64,000 bases of DNA from an uncultured Holophagae bacterium (GCA_963714385.1 CAVQOJ010000003.1:263720-327719), one strand, 5' to 3'. Shown: positions 20,163-30,253, numbered from the stretch's first letter. Notes: generated from the letters alone by a model not told the origin. Numbers and translations: made by a program.

Positions 20163-21248
20163 ATGGCTATAGCGACCAAACTCCTGATCCGCGGGGGGCT
20201 GGTCATCGCCGGGGCGCTGGCCGCCCTGGCGGCGGCCGAGGTGGGACTGCGGCTGTGGTCCGGCGCCACCGGTGAGGTTTCCGAGGACCTATCCCGGGCG
20301 CTGTCCGCGCCTCCGGCAACGACGGCCGGTCAGGCGGGCCTGGCCGATCTGCTGCAGCCCAGCGCCGATCCCGACCGGATTTACGAGCTTCGATCAGGCC
20401 TCGAGTGGGTGTTCAAGGGCGTGGAGGTCACCACCAATTCGTTCGGGATGCGGGACCGCGAGCTGACCCTGGCCAAGGCGGATGGGACCTCGCGAGTGGT
20501 CGGACTCGGCGACTCCGTCATGTTCGGCTGGGGGGTCCGCGTGGACGATGGCTACATGCGGGTTGCCGAGAGGATGCTGGCGCCGAAACAACCGGGGCAA
20601 TCATCGGTGGAGTTCCTGAACTTCGGAGTCCCCGGGTACAACACGGCGATGCAGGTGGCGCTGTTCGAGGATCTGGCGGTGCGCTTCGATCCCGACGCCG
20701 TGGTGATCCACTTCGTGAACAATGATCTCGATCTGCCGAGGTTCATGCTCGAATCGGCTGATCCGTGGACCCTGGACCGGCTGTGGTTGGCCGATCTGGT
20801 GACCGGGGGCTGGACGGCGGTGGCGGATCGCGGCGGCTGGGTGAGCCCCCGCGACGTCGCCGAGATGGGTGGCCGGCGAGGTGCGCGAGTCCGCGAGAAG
20901 TACGCCCACCTTGCCGGTGAGGGGCCGTTCCGGCGGGCGATGGCGAAGCTCGCCGAGGGTGCGCGCGCCCGATCGGTCCCGGTCGTCTTCCTGACCCTCC
21001 AGGTCGACGGTGAGCCTTGGAAGACCGGGGCTGCGGTGGCCGGAGAACACGGCTTCCAGGTGGTTGCGGCCGGCCCGCGATACCTGGAATTCATGGCCCG
21101 GCACGGGATCGAGCCGAGCCGCGCGGGCTGGATTCGGACCTTCTCGGTGTCCGGCGACGACCCCCACCCGAACGCCACCGGACACGTTCTTTTCGCCGAG
21201 ACGCTGGTCGAAGCCTTGTTGGACGTCGGGATCGGCGACCGTCGGTAG
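20163..21248 (+). CDS. SGNH/GDSL-family hydrolase with N-terminal membrane anchor
   Basis: VVGLGDSVMFGWG (block I GDS), GVPGYNT, and DPHPNATGH (block V D..H). N-terminal hydrophobic segment. Confidence 0.75.
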   Translation: MAIATKLLIRGGLVIAGALAALAAAEVGLRLWSGATGEVSEDLSRALSAPPATTAGQAGLADLLQPSADPDRIYELRSGLEWVFKGVEVTTNSFGMRDRELTLAKADGTSRVVGLGDSVMFGWGVRVDDGYMRVAERMLAPKQPGQSSVEFLNFGVPGYNTAMQVALFEDLAVRFDPDAVVIHFVNNDLDLPRFMLESADPWTLDRLWLADLVTGGWTAVADRGGWVSPRDVAEMGGRRGARVREKYAHLAGEGPFRRAMAKLAEGARARSVPVVFLTLQVDGEPWKTGAAVAGEHGFQVVAAGPRYLEFMARHGIEPSRAGWIRTFSVSGDDPHPNATGHVLFAETLVEALLDVGIGDRR

Positions 21249-21250
21249 GG

Positions 21251-21296
21251 GTTGAAGGCTGGAAGTTGAAAGTTGAAAGTTCCCGCCCTCCCTCCC
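21251..21296. repeat. period-7 array (GTTGAAG GCTGGAA GTTGAAA GTTGAAA GTT) fused to the C-box CCCGCCCTCCCTCCC
   Basis: The array starts 3 nt after the stop codon at 21246-48. The C-box at 21282..21296 is GGGAGGGAGGGCGGG on the other strand, a canonical four-tract G-quadruplex motif. Confidence 0.9.
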
Positions 21297-21316
21297 AATT
21301 TGAGAGTTGAAAGTTG

Positions 21317-21866
21317 GGTTCATCCGGGAAAGCGTGAGGTCGGGGTTCTGCCGTGCCCGTGCCCGGAATGCAGCGGCTGCGACAGTATTCAGCGGCAGCG
21401 ACCGGGAACAGCGATCAGGGACAGCAATCAGTATTCAGGGGCAGCAATCAGTTGTCTTGGCGGAATAGCACATGGACACCTCCGGGTCGTTCAAAGGAAG
21501 GAGTAGCCGGTGGGCAGCCGATGTCAAGGGCAAGCCGGCCCACGGGTCCGGTGTTACACACCCTTGACATCGGTTGCCTCACCGGCTTGTGAGGGAGGGC
21601 ATGAACGACCCGGAGGTGACCATGTCCAAAGCCGTCACGAACACCAACCTCGTTGCCTAGCGCCTGCTCAATCCCATCTGAGCGCACCCTGCTCTCCGAT
21701 ACTGACGCTGTCAACTGACGCTGCCGCGGGTCCCCGCCGCTGGCTTCTGACGCTGTCCCTGATTGCTGATTCCCCGGATGAAGCCGCGGTTCCTCTTCGG
21801 GCGAGCAGGTGCCGTTGTGAACTCCGAACTCGATCGACCCCCACCTCACGGAATTTCGGATGAGCC
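21317..21866 (+). mobile_element. degenerate second copy of the intervening-sequence-like element (ORF core deleted)
   Basis: Termini GGTTCATCCGGGAAAGCGTGAGGTCGGGGT and ..ACCCCCACCTCACGGAATTTCGGATGAGCC are about 23/30 complementary. Collinear with 14999..15846 but lacks ~290 bp: ..AACCTCGTTGCC joins directly to CGCCTGCTCAATCCCATCTGA, leaving an in-frame TAG. Confidence 0.6.
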
Positions 21867-21867
21867 C

Positions 21868-21916
21868 AACTTTCAACTTTCAACTTTCAACCGGGGGGGT
21901 GGGTGGGGGGGCTGGG
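21868..21916. repeat. period-7 array AACTTTC x3 fused to the G-box GGGGGGGTGGGTGGGGGGGCTGGG
   Basis: Units at 21868-74, 75-81 and 82-88. G-box at 21893..21916. The array is the reverse complement of the GTTGAAA array at 21251..21281. Confidence 0.9.
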
Positions 21917-21918
21917 AA

Positions 21919-24150
21919 TCAACCGGTCGGCGTCTGCATCCGGTCGTCGAGGATCTTGCGGAGGTGGTTTTCCTCCTTGAGGGTTCGAGCCAGGAGCTCG
22001 TCGGCCTCCTCTACGGGCACCGGCGCCGAAATGAACATCCCCTGAGCACGGTCGACTCCCAGGTCGCGAAGGGCGTCGAATTGGGAGCGGGTTTCGACCC
22101 CCTCGGCCACCGTCTGCTTGCCGAGGTTGCCGGCTAGGGTGGTGATGGTCTTGACGATCTGCGAGCTCTCCTCGTCGGCGAGCATCCGCGACACGAAGGA
22201 GTAGTCGATCTTGAGGGTGTCGATCTTGAACCGCCGGAGGTAGGCGAGGGACGAGTAGCCGGTTCCGAAGTCGTCGATGCTGATGCCGATATCCAGGGAT
22301 CTCAGCTGGTCGAGCATCTCCGACGCGTACTGAGCGTTCTCCATCAGGACGCTCTCCGTCACCTCGAGAGTCAGGCTGCGGCCGTAAAGCCCGGTCTTGC
22401 GCAGGATGTGGTCGATGCGGGTCACCAGGTCGGGCTGCATGAACTGGGTGCCCGAGACGTTGACGCTGACGTTGAGGGGGGGATTGTGACGGTACTGGCC
22501 TTGCCACGCCCGCAGCTGCCGGCAGGCCTCTTCGCAGACGAATCGATCGATCTGGATGATGGCGCCCATCTCCTCGGCCACGTGGATGAACTCTCCGGGT
22601 AGGAGCAGTCCACGCTCCGGGTGGTCCCACCTGACCAGAACCTCGAACCCGGTGATCCGCCCGACGGCGATCGAGACGATCGGCTGGTAGTAGACCTCGA
22701 ACTCGTTGCGGGCGATGGCGCGGCGGAGGTCGGTCTCGAGCTTGAGGGTTGCCACCACCTTGGCGTGCATCTCCTCGTCGAAGACGGCAAAGTTGTTGCG
22801 GCCCATCGCCTTGGCGCGGTACATGGCGGTGTCCGAGTCGCGGAGCAGATCCTCGGGCCGCTCGTAGCTCGGCTTCCAGACGGCGATGCCGATGCTGACC
22901 GTGGAAAAGACCTCGAGGCCGGCGACGTCGAATGGGATCCGGAACTCCTCGTGGATACGCTCGGCGGCCACCGTGGCACCGCGGACATCGGTGATGTCCT
23001 CGACGATGATGACGAACTCGTCGCCGCCGAAACGCGCCACGGTGTCCGATGGGCGGCAGGCCGACTGCACGCGCTGGGCGATGGCGCTCAGCAGGCGGTC
23101 GCCGGTGAGGTGGCCGAGGCTGTCGTTGACGTTCTTGAAACGGTCCACGTCGAAGAACAGCACCGCGAACGGCCGGCTGGGATCGCGGCGGGCGCGCGCG
23201 AACGCGAGTCGCAGCCGATCCATCAGCACAGTACGGTTGGGCAGCTTGGTGAGGGGGTCGTGGAGACCGCCGATCCGAATTTCTCCGTTCGGCTCCTCGG
23301 AGTGAACGTCGATCTGGCGGCCGACAATCCGGTGGACCGCACCGGTTGCGTCGCGCAGCATCTCGGCGCGCGCGAGCATCCACCTGTAGTCGCCGTCCTT
23401 GTGGAGGATCCGGTAGCGATGCTCGATGGGAGTCATGCTGCCGGCCAGGTTGGCATCGATCATGTTCCTCAGGCGCTCTCTGTCGTCCTCGTGAACGAGG
23501 TCGAACCAGACCTCCGGGGTCGATCCAAGCTCGTCTCCCGAGTAGCCCAGCATCTGCTTCCACCGGAGGGAGTAGTGCACCGTGTTGTGGTCGACATCCC
23601 AATCCCAGATCCCGTCGTCCTGGCCACCGCAGGCGATCACGAATCGGTCGTAATCGGATCGCAGTTCCCGATTCGAGTCGACGATGTCGGCCACGTGACC
23701 GATCCGGCCGGCAAGGAATCTGAGCTTGGTCGTGATGTCTTCGACAGCAACTGGATGGGAAATGAAATCGTCGCAGCCGAGGGCCAGCACCTCCTCGAGG
23801 GTGCCGGCGTCGTGGTCCGGGACGATGGCGAGAACCTGGGGTCCGGCGTACTCGTCTCGTCGGAGCTCGGCAAGGATCTCCCTGAGGTTCGCCGAGGGCA
23901 GGCGCCAGTCGACCACGGCCATGGACGGCGCGCTGCAGCGCACAACGGTGCGTGTTTCGTCGGGATCGGGAACGATGTGGGCGACATTCCCCATTTCAAC
24001 CACCACGCCCGCGACCATGTCGGCGAGTTCCCGGTCGCCCGACACGATCACCACGTTTCGGCTGGCTGCAGGGGGAGGTGAGTCCTGAACATCCGGGCCG
24101 GTTGAGTCCGTCATTCCACGGAGGCGGGCCAGCAGGTCGCGCCAAGTCAT
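21919..24150 (-). CDS. response-regulator receiver / PAS / GGDEF / EAL c-di-GMP turnover protein
   Basis: 743 aa. N-terminal receiver-like domain, PAS (DGIWDWDVDHNTVHYSLRWKQMLGY), RFGGDEF, EAL-domain blocks (EVLVRW, DDFGTGYSSL, KIDYSFV). Confidence 0.9.
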   Translation of the reverse strand: MTWRDLLARLRGMTDSTGPDVQDSPPPAASRNVVIVSGDRELADMVAGVVVEMGNVAHIVPDPDETRTVVRCSAPSMAVVDWRLPSANLREILAELRRDEYAGPQVLAIVPDHDAGTLEEVLALGCDDFISHPVAVEDITTKLRFLAGRIGHVADIVDSNRELRSDYDRFVIACGGQDDGIWDWDVDHNTVHYSLRWKQMLGYSGDELGSTPEVWFDLVHEDDRERLRNMIDANLAGSMTPIEHRYRILHKDGDYRWMLARAEMLRDATGAVHRIVGRQIDVHSEEPNGEIRIGGLHDPLTKLPNRTVLMDRLRLAFARARRDPSRPFAVLFFDVDRFKNVNDSLGHLTGDRLLSAIAQRVQSACRPSDTVARFGGDEFVIIVEDITDVRGATVAAERIHEEFRIPFDVAGLEVFSTVSIGIAVWKPSYERPEDLLRDSDTAMYRAKAMGRNNFAVFDEEMHAKVVATLKLETDLRRAIARNEFEVYYQPIVSIAVGRITGFEVLVRWDHPERGLLLPGEFIHVAEEMGAIIQIDRFVCEEACRQLRAWQGQYRHNPPLNVSVNVSGTQFMQPDLVTRIDHILRKTGLYGRSLTLEVTESVLMENAQYASEMLDQLRSLDIGISIDDFGTGYSSLAYLRRFKIDTLKIDYSFVSRMLADEESSQIVKTITTLAGNLGKQTVAEGVETRSQFDALRDLGVDRAQGMFISAPVPVEEADELLARTLKEENHLRKILDDRMQTPTG

Positions 24151-24367
24151 GGCTCACTTCACCTGGCGGGTGCGGGCGTCGTCGCGCTGTGGGGACGGTG
24201 ACACGGGCGTGGTGAATCCCTCTCGTTGTGTGTTCACGCTTCGATCAAACATACCACTGCCGGGCCCGACAGGGCAAAGCCCCGCGCCATCGACCGGCCC
24301 GGCGGTCAACGGGGTTGTCCGATTCCCTGCCAGAACAGAAAATGTCCCCGGGATGTAAACTGCGCTG

Positions 24368-27300
24368 GTGAAGAGGGTCCGGCGATGGTTGGTGGCTGCG
24401 GCTGCGGTTCTGCTGGTGGTGATGACCGCCGGGCTGGTGCTGGTCCACCTCCCGCCGGTCCAGCGGCGTGCCTGGTCGAAGATCGTGGAGTCGGTGGCCG
24501 CCGAAACCGGCTGGCGGCTCGAGGCTCGGAGCGTCCGTTTCCGGTTGTTTCCGGCCGTCTTGGTGATCGACGGTTTCGGCATGGGAACGGGCGACGCGCA
24601 GCCGATCGCCGCCGACCACCTGGAGATTCGTTTTAGCTGGCGGCGGCTGATGGGAACGCCGCGCTCCGTCGACCGTGTGGTGATCGAAGGGCTCGAGGTG
24701 GACGGCACCCAGTTTGAGCTTCCCGAGCCAACAGGATCTCCTCAAGAGCCCCCAGCCGTCGATCCCTGGCGGACCCTCGAGATCGCCGAGCTCAGCCTGG
24801 CGGACGGCCGGCTGGTGGCGGCGGGCGGGGGAGTGGGCCTGAACGTGCAGCGGCTCAGCATCGCCGGGGCGCTGCGTGAAGGCACCGCCGAGGTCGAGAT
24901 CGATGCCGGGAGCCTGGCGGTCGACCGGGACGGCCGACGGCTGGATGCAGGCAGGTTGGTCATCGCCGCCCGAGCGGCGGCCTCGGGCGTCACATTGGAC
25001 CGAGTTCGGCTCGACGGGGCCAATGCACGGCTCATCGCATCCGGTGATCTCTCGGTATCGCCCGCGGTCGCCGGAACAGGAACGATCACCGCCGAGGCCG
25101 ACCTCCCAGCTCTGGTGAGCTGGTGGGATCCCGGGTTGGTTGACGTTTTCTCGCCCGAAGGTCGTCTCGCCATCGACGCCGGGATCTCGTACGCCCCGGA
25201 CGGCGGGTTCGAAATCAACATCCATCAGCGCGGCGATCCGGTTGGCATTTCAGGGTTTTCGGTCAGCAACCTCGCTGTGGAGCACGGCGGGGGCGTCACC
25301 CGGGCCTCGGCGGAGCTCGTGGGGCTGGGAACGGTGGAGCTGGCGTCCGTCGGAGCGCAAGGCTACCGACTGGTGGCCGACGTGGGTGAGGTGCGGATCG
25401 CCCGGCTTCTCGCCCTGGTGAACCGCCCGGCCATCGATGTCCTGCCGGAGGAGTTGACGGTCGGCGGTGAGGTCGAGGCGACCTTCGTCATGCCGATCAA
25501 CCTGGAGACCGCCGCGGCCGGTGGGCGGCTCGTGGTCCGCTGGCCGGAAGGCCACGTGGAGATCGAAGGATCGGGCGGCGGCCGGGATTGGGACCTGCGC
25601 CGGCTGGAGCTCGAGGTGCCGGGGGCGATTGGCTCCGGCAGGGGTGCGCTTGCCGGCGGCTCGATCACTGCGGATGTCCACATCCAGATCACGGACCCCG
25701 CGGCATTGGCCCGGGCGGCCGGTCCGTGGGTTCCTGCGATCGCCGCGCTGGCGGTCGGTGGTGGGCCGATCTCCCTCGACCTGAGGGCTTCGGGCGCATT
25801 GGAAAACCCCTATCTCGAAGCCGATCTGGACTGGATTGGTCCGGAGGTCGGCGGGGCGTCGATGGACGAGCTCCGGGCTGCGATTTCGGGGACCCTCGAT
25901 GATCTGGGTTGGAATGTGGAGCTGCGGCCGGGTCCTGGTGCCCTCGTGTCGGCGGATGGCAGGGCCGGCTTCCCGGAGCTGAGCGTCACTGGATCGTGGG
26001 CGGTGACGGTGGATTCGATCGTTGACCTCGAGCTGGTTCGACGATGGTTGCCTCAGGAGATCTCGGGAGAGCTCGCCGCGACCGGCCATTTCCGGTGGCA
26101 AGGGGGGGATTCCTGGAAGGTCGCCGGGTTCGCGGAGGCCGGCGACGTTGGCGTGGGCGGCTGGCTGGTGGACGAGGCGTCGGCGCGATTCGAGCTGGGT
26201 CCGGGTGGCGGGTCGGTGGCCGACGCGCGACTGCGGATGGGCACGGCCACGCTGGAGCTGGATGCCGATCTGCTGCCGTTGAGCCTCCAGGGGGATCTTC
26301 AAGCCGCGGTGCGGGTCGAAGGGTTGGATCTCGGCCAACTGGGATTGGGAGAGGCGGCGCGGGGCAGCCTTCGGGCGACGGTGGCGGTCGGCGGAACTCC
26401 ATCCGAACCGGTGCTGGTGGGGGATTTGGACTGGGCCGACGACGCCGAGGTGGCGATCGCCGACCCGGTGCGGATGCACCTAACCCTAGAGAGCGGCCGG
26501 TTCGAAGCGGTTACCGAGACCTGGCGGACGGTCGCCGGACCGATCCAGGCCGAGGTCGACATTCCCCTCGGAGACCTGCCGCGGCCGGAGTGGTTCTGGC
26601 CCGATTCGCCGACCGGGCCGATCCGGGCCCGGCTGACCGGAATCGGGCTCACCTCCAGCCCGCTGGTGGCGGCGCTCGGGCTGGACCCGTTGCCGGGAGA
26701 GGCATCGGGAGACGTGAACGTGGAGGTGGCCTGGGATCTGTCGGGCCCGGGGTCGCGCCTGGTACTGGTCGAGATCGACGGGCTCACCGCCAAGGGCGCC
26801 CACATGGACCTGACCGCCCAGGAAACCGTTCGGTTGCGATTCCTCGACAACCGCCTCGAGGTCGAGTCGGTCAGCCTGGTCGGGCCGCGCAGCAGGGTCG
26901 AGCTCGGGGGGGTCTACGACCTCGGCAGCCGCCGTCTGGTGGGCGCCGCCGACCTCAGTCTCGACGCCAGGGTCGTCGAGATGCTGCCGTTTCCGATTCG
27001 TGCCACCGGTCCGATCCGAATCCAGGCCGGTGTGGACGGCCCGATGGAGGGTCTCACCGCCACTCTTCTGGTGGACCACGAGGGCGGGTCGATCGTGATG
27101 CGTGATCCGGCCGTCGAGCTCACCGATCTCCGACTCCGGGTGGAGATCGACGACGGGGTGGTGTGGATCCAGGACGGGGAGGCCGGGCTCAATCAGGGGC
27201 GGCTGTGGATCGGCGGCGGCTGGGACCCAGCCATTCGGCAGGGCGTGGTGCTGGAGTTCGAGGACGTCAAGGCCCTGCTCGGCACCAGCATCGTCACCAG

Positions 27301-30253
27301 CTGGAGCGGGGCCGTCGCCATCGAGCCGGATCCCGAGCGCCTGGCACTGGTGGTCGGCGAGCTCGGTTTGAACGCCGGAGTCTGGGAGCGACCCTTCGAC
27401 CTCAAGGGGGCTTTCTTCGGCTCCGACGACGTCGCTCCGGAGGAGGACGACCCGTTGGCCGACATCGGCCTCGATCTTCAGGTGGCGGGATATGGCGGGA
27501 TCAAGGTCGACAACAACCTCGGGCGCTTCGACGCCAGTTGGGGAATCCTCGAGGTGGGGGGCACGGTTGCCCGACCCGACCTGGTCGGGACGGTCCGGCT
27601 GGCCCCGGGCGGAACCGTCAATCTGCCGGGCCAGACGGTGACGATTCGCCGGGCGACCCTGGACTTCACGGGCAATCCGGACACCGACCCGGTGATGGAG
27701 ATCGTGCCCGAGAAGTACTCGGTCGGCCTGGGCGGCAGCGAGGGCGGGGGTGGCCTGGATACCAGGCTGCTGGCCGCCGAGACCCTCGCCCGCAGCGCCG
27801 GTTCGGTGCTCGGCCTCGAGAACACGACCCTCCAGCCCGCCGAGGTCGCCTTCGAGACCCAGACCGACGCCAGTTCGGCCTTCACCGCCGGCCAGCGGCT
27901 GACCAGGAACGTCGCGATCTTCCTGACCACCGATCTGAGCGACGTGCAGAGGCAGACGACCATGCTCCAGCTGTGGAATCTGCGCGGCCTGCCGGGGCTG
28001 GCGCTCCAGGGGTACACCAAGACGGGGGAGGCCGACCACGGTGGCAACCTCATCGAGCGCTACCGTTGGGGAGGTGGCGCGGGGACCGATGACCGGCCGG
28101 TGATCCAGAAGATCAAGTTCGACGGCGAATGGCCGATCGGTCGGCGCCGCCTGCTGAAGACCACCGGCCTGCGGAAGGGAGAGCCCTTCGAACCGTTCCT
28201 CCTGTTCGCGGCCGGGCTCAGGCTGGAGGGCGCCCTGGCCGAGCTCGGCTACTCCCGAGCCAGAGTGCGCGGGGAGGCGGCGGGGGACCCGAAGCTGCCG
28301 GCCCTGATCTTCACCGTCGATCCGGGTCCCCGCGTTGACTTCGAGTTCACCGGGGATCAGATTCCCGCCCATGTCAGGCGCGCCGCCACTAGCCTGTACC
28401 TGGAGCCGCCCCTCGAAGAGGGCTCGTTCCTCGAGATCCGGCGGACCGTGATCCGCCACCTGCTGGGCGAGGGTTTTCCGGACGCGGAGGTCACCGTGGA
28501 GCGAGTCGCGGATGCAGTCGTCGTGACCAGCCACCGGGGAGAAAAGTCGGTCCTCAACGGGCCGCTGGTGGTGGGTCTGTCGGACGCCGATTCCGCGTCC
28601 CTGAGACGCCATGCCGGGACTGCGCTGATGCTGGCCGAGTTGGTCCGGGAGCCGGAGCTGGCCGCCCGGCTGGTGGAGCGTTGGCTGCGGGTCGAGGGAT
28701 ATCCCGAGGCGAAGCTCGAGGAGGTGTGGGTGACCGACCGCGACGATGGCACCCGTTGGGTCAATCTCAGGATCGATCCCGGACCCCGCCAGCGGCTGGG
28801 CCGGGTGGAGGTGGTGGGGGAAGACCCACTGGGGCTGACCTCAGGCGGTGTCCCCGATGTCGAGGCCGGGATGCCGTTGGACCGGCGGGCGATCGATCAG
28901 GCCCTGGGCCGGTTGCGGTCGAGGTACCGTGCGGCCGGGTACCCGGACGTCGCCGTCTCGATGAGCTTGCAGAGCGGCGACACAGCGGAACCGTCCATGG
29001 TGGTGACCCTCGAGCCGGGATCGCAACGAACGGTTCGCCAGGTGGAGGTGACCGGTCTGCGCTACATCCGCGAGTCGGTGATCCTGAAGGGGCTGACCGT
29101 CGAGCCCGGCCAGATCCTGCTGGCGTCGGACCTGGACACCAGCGCGGTCCGGACGGCCTTCTTCGCCCCGGTGGAGAAGGCGAACGTCAACACCCGAGAC
29201 GTGGGGTTGAATGTGACGGACGTGACCTTCGACGTCACGGAAAAGACACGATGGGCGGTGGAGGCCGGCGCCGGCTGGAGCACCGAGCGGGGGGCCAGCG
29301 TGCAGGCCGGGTTCCGTGACGACGGGCTGTTGGGTCGAGGGGCGGGGCTGAGCCTGCGAACCATATGGGACGAACGGCAGCACCAGGCGACACTGTACGC
29401 GTCGCTGCCCCCGCCTCCGGGCGGGCGCTGGTCCATGGTCGGGAACTTCCTGTGGTTTGACGGCGACTCGAGATCCAGCCCCGATTCGTTCAAGGAGGAA
29501 CAGGTGGGCGGCGCAGTGGAGGCGACCTACAGGGTCACCGACACGACCTCGCTGCGGGGTTACCTCAGGAGGCAGAGGACCGTAACAGAACTCAAACACC
29601 CGGAGGATCTCCCCCCGGGATTGGCGCCCGATCCAGTGACCAGCCACGAGACCATCGTCGGATCTCAATTCGTCTGGGACCGAATGGACAACCCCTTCGA
29701 TCCCCGGCGCGGGTCAGCCGTCGCCGTCGACCTGAGCCATAACGCGCCGAACCTGGGGTCCGATCTGAATGACCTTCGCCTCGTGCTGACCGGATCGCTG
29801 GTCACCGAACCGAGGGGCGGTTGGACCTGGGCCCAGACGCTTCGTCTGGGAGGGGTCGAGGGTCTCGGCGGAATGATCCCGGTCTTCAACCGCAAGTTCG
29901 TGGCCGGGGGTCAGGCGACGGTGCGGGGCTTCGACCTGGATTCCATCGGGCCGGTGATTCCGGCCGGGGGAGGCGGGTACAAGGCCAAAGGCGGGGGGGC
30001 GCTGTTCGTGTTGAACGAGGAGGTGCGTATCCCGATCGTGGCCAACATTCGGGCGGCGGTGTTCGCGGACGTGGGCCAGGTGTGGGAAACGTGGGGGGAC
30101 GCCACTTTAGAGTTCTCGGTCGGGGCAGGCTTCGGGCTTCGGCTGTCCACCCCGGTCGGCCCTCTCTGGGCTGACGTGGCGTGGCCCGTTGCGAACCCCA
30201 ACATCAGCTCGCCCGGGGCGAAGTACTACTTCGGTCTGGGAACGAACTTCTGA
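24368..30253 (+). CDS. TamB-like (AsmA/DUF490) protein fused in frame to a POTRA/Omp85 (BamA/TamA-like) outer-membrane barrel
   Basis: Single 1961-aa ORF. N-terminal signal anchor (WLVAAAAVLLVVMTAGLVLV) and ~1230 aa of TamB-like beta-rich sequence ending in a DUF490-like tail (FTAGQRLTRNVAIFLTTDLS ... LQGYTKTGEADHGGNLIERYRW, to 28069). After a Gly-rich linker, POTRA-like repeats start (VIQKIKFDGEW, ~28100), then an Omp85 barrel ending ..KYYFGLGTNF. No internal signal peptide. Confidence 0.8.
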   Translation: MKRVRRWLVAAAAVLLVVMTAGLVLVHLPPVQRRAWSKIVESVAAETGWRLEARSVRFRLFPAVLVIDGFGMGTGDAQPIAADHLEIRFSWRRLMGTPRSVDRVVIEGLEVDGTQFELPEPTGSPQEPPAVDPWRTLEIAELSLADGRLVAAGGGVGLNVQRLSIAGALREGTAEVEIDAGSLAVDRDGRRLDAGRLVIAARAAASGVTLDRVRLDGANARLIASGDLSVSPAVAGTGTITAEADLPALVSWWDPGLVDVFSPEGRLAIDAGISYAPDGGFEINIHQRGDPVGISGFSVSNLAVEHGGGVTRASAELVGLGTVELASVGAQGYRLVADVGEVRIARLLALVNRPAIDVLPEELTVGGEVEATFVMPINLETAAAGGRLVVRWPEGHVEIEGSGGGRDWDLRRLELEVPGAIGSGRGALAGGSITADVHIQITDPAALARAAGPWVPAIAALAVGGGPISLDLRASGALENPYLEADLDWIGPEVGGASMDELRAAISGTLDDLGWNVELRPGPGALVSADGRAGFPELSVTGSWAVTVDSIVDLELVRRWLPQEISGELAATGHFRWQGGDSWKVAGFAEAGDVGVGGWLVDEASARFELGPGGGSVADARLRMGTATLELDADLLPLSLQGDLQAAVRVEGLDLGQLGLGEAARGSLRATVAVGGTPSEPVLVGDLDWADDAEVAIADPVRMHLTLESGRFEAVTETWRTVAGPIQAEVDIPLGDLPRPEWFWPDSPTGPIRARLTGIGLTSSPLVAALGLDPLPGEASGDVNVEVAWDLSGPGSRLVLVEIDGLTAKGAHMDLTAQETVRLRFLDNRLEVESVSLVGPRSRVELGGVYDLGSRRLVGAADLSLDARVVEMLPFPIRATGPIRIQAGVDGPMEGLTATLLVDHEGGSIVMRDPAVELTDLRLRVEIDDGVVWIQDGEAGLNQGRLWIGGGWDPAIRQGVVLEFEDVKALLGTSIVTSWSGAVAIEPDPERLALVVGELGLNAGVWERPFDLKGAFFGSDDVAPEEDDPLADIGLDLQVAGYGGIKVDNNLGRFDASWGILEVGGTVARPDLVGTVRLAPGGTVNLPGQTVTIRRATLDFTGNPDTDPVMEIVPEKYSVGLGGSEGGGGLDTRLLAAETLARSAGSVLGLENTTLQPAEVAFETQTDASSAFTAGQRLTRNVAIFLTTDLSDVQRQTTMLQLWNLRGLPGLALQGYTKTGEADHGGNLIERYRWGGGAGTDDRPVIQKIKFDGEWPIGRRRLLKTTGLRKGEPFEPFLLFAAGLRLEGALAELGYSRARVRGEAAGDPKLPALIFTVDPGPRVDFEFTGDQIPAHVRRAATSLYLEPPLEEGSFLEIRRTVIRHLLGEGFPDAEVTVERVADAVVVTSHRGEKSVLNGPLVVGLSDADSASLRRHAGTALMLAELVREPELAARLVERWLRVEGYPEAKLEEVWVTDRDDGTRWVNLRIDPGPRQRLGRVEVVGEDPLGLTSGGVPDVEAGMPLDRRAIDQALGRLRSRYRAAGYPDVAVSMSLQSGDTAEPSMVVTLEPGSQRTVRQVEVTGLRYIRESVILKGLTVEPGQILLASDLDTSAVRTAFFAPVEKANVNTRDVGLNVTDVTFDVTEKTRWAVEAGAGWSTERGASVQAGFRDDGLLGRGAGLSLRTIWDERQHQATLYASLPPPPGGRWSMVGNFLWFDGDSRSSPDSFKEEQVGGAVEATYRVTDTTSLRGYLRRQRTVTELKHPEDLPPGLAPDPVTSHETIVGSQFVWDRMDNPFDPRRGSAVAVDLSHNAPNLGSDLNDLRLVLTGSLVTEPRGGWTWAQTLRLGGVEGLGGMIPVFNRKFVAGGQATVRGFDLDSIGPVIPAGGGGYKAKGGGALFVLNEEVRIPIVANIRAAVFADVGQVWETWGDATLEFSVGAGFGLRLSTPVGPLWADVAWPVANPNISSPGAKYYFGLGTNF

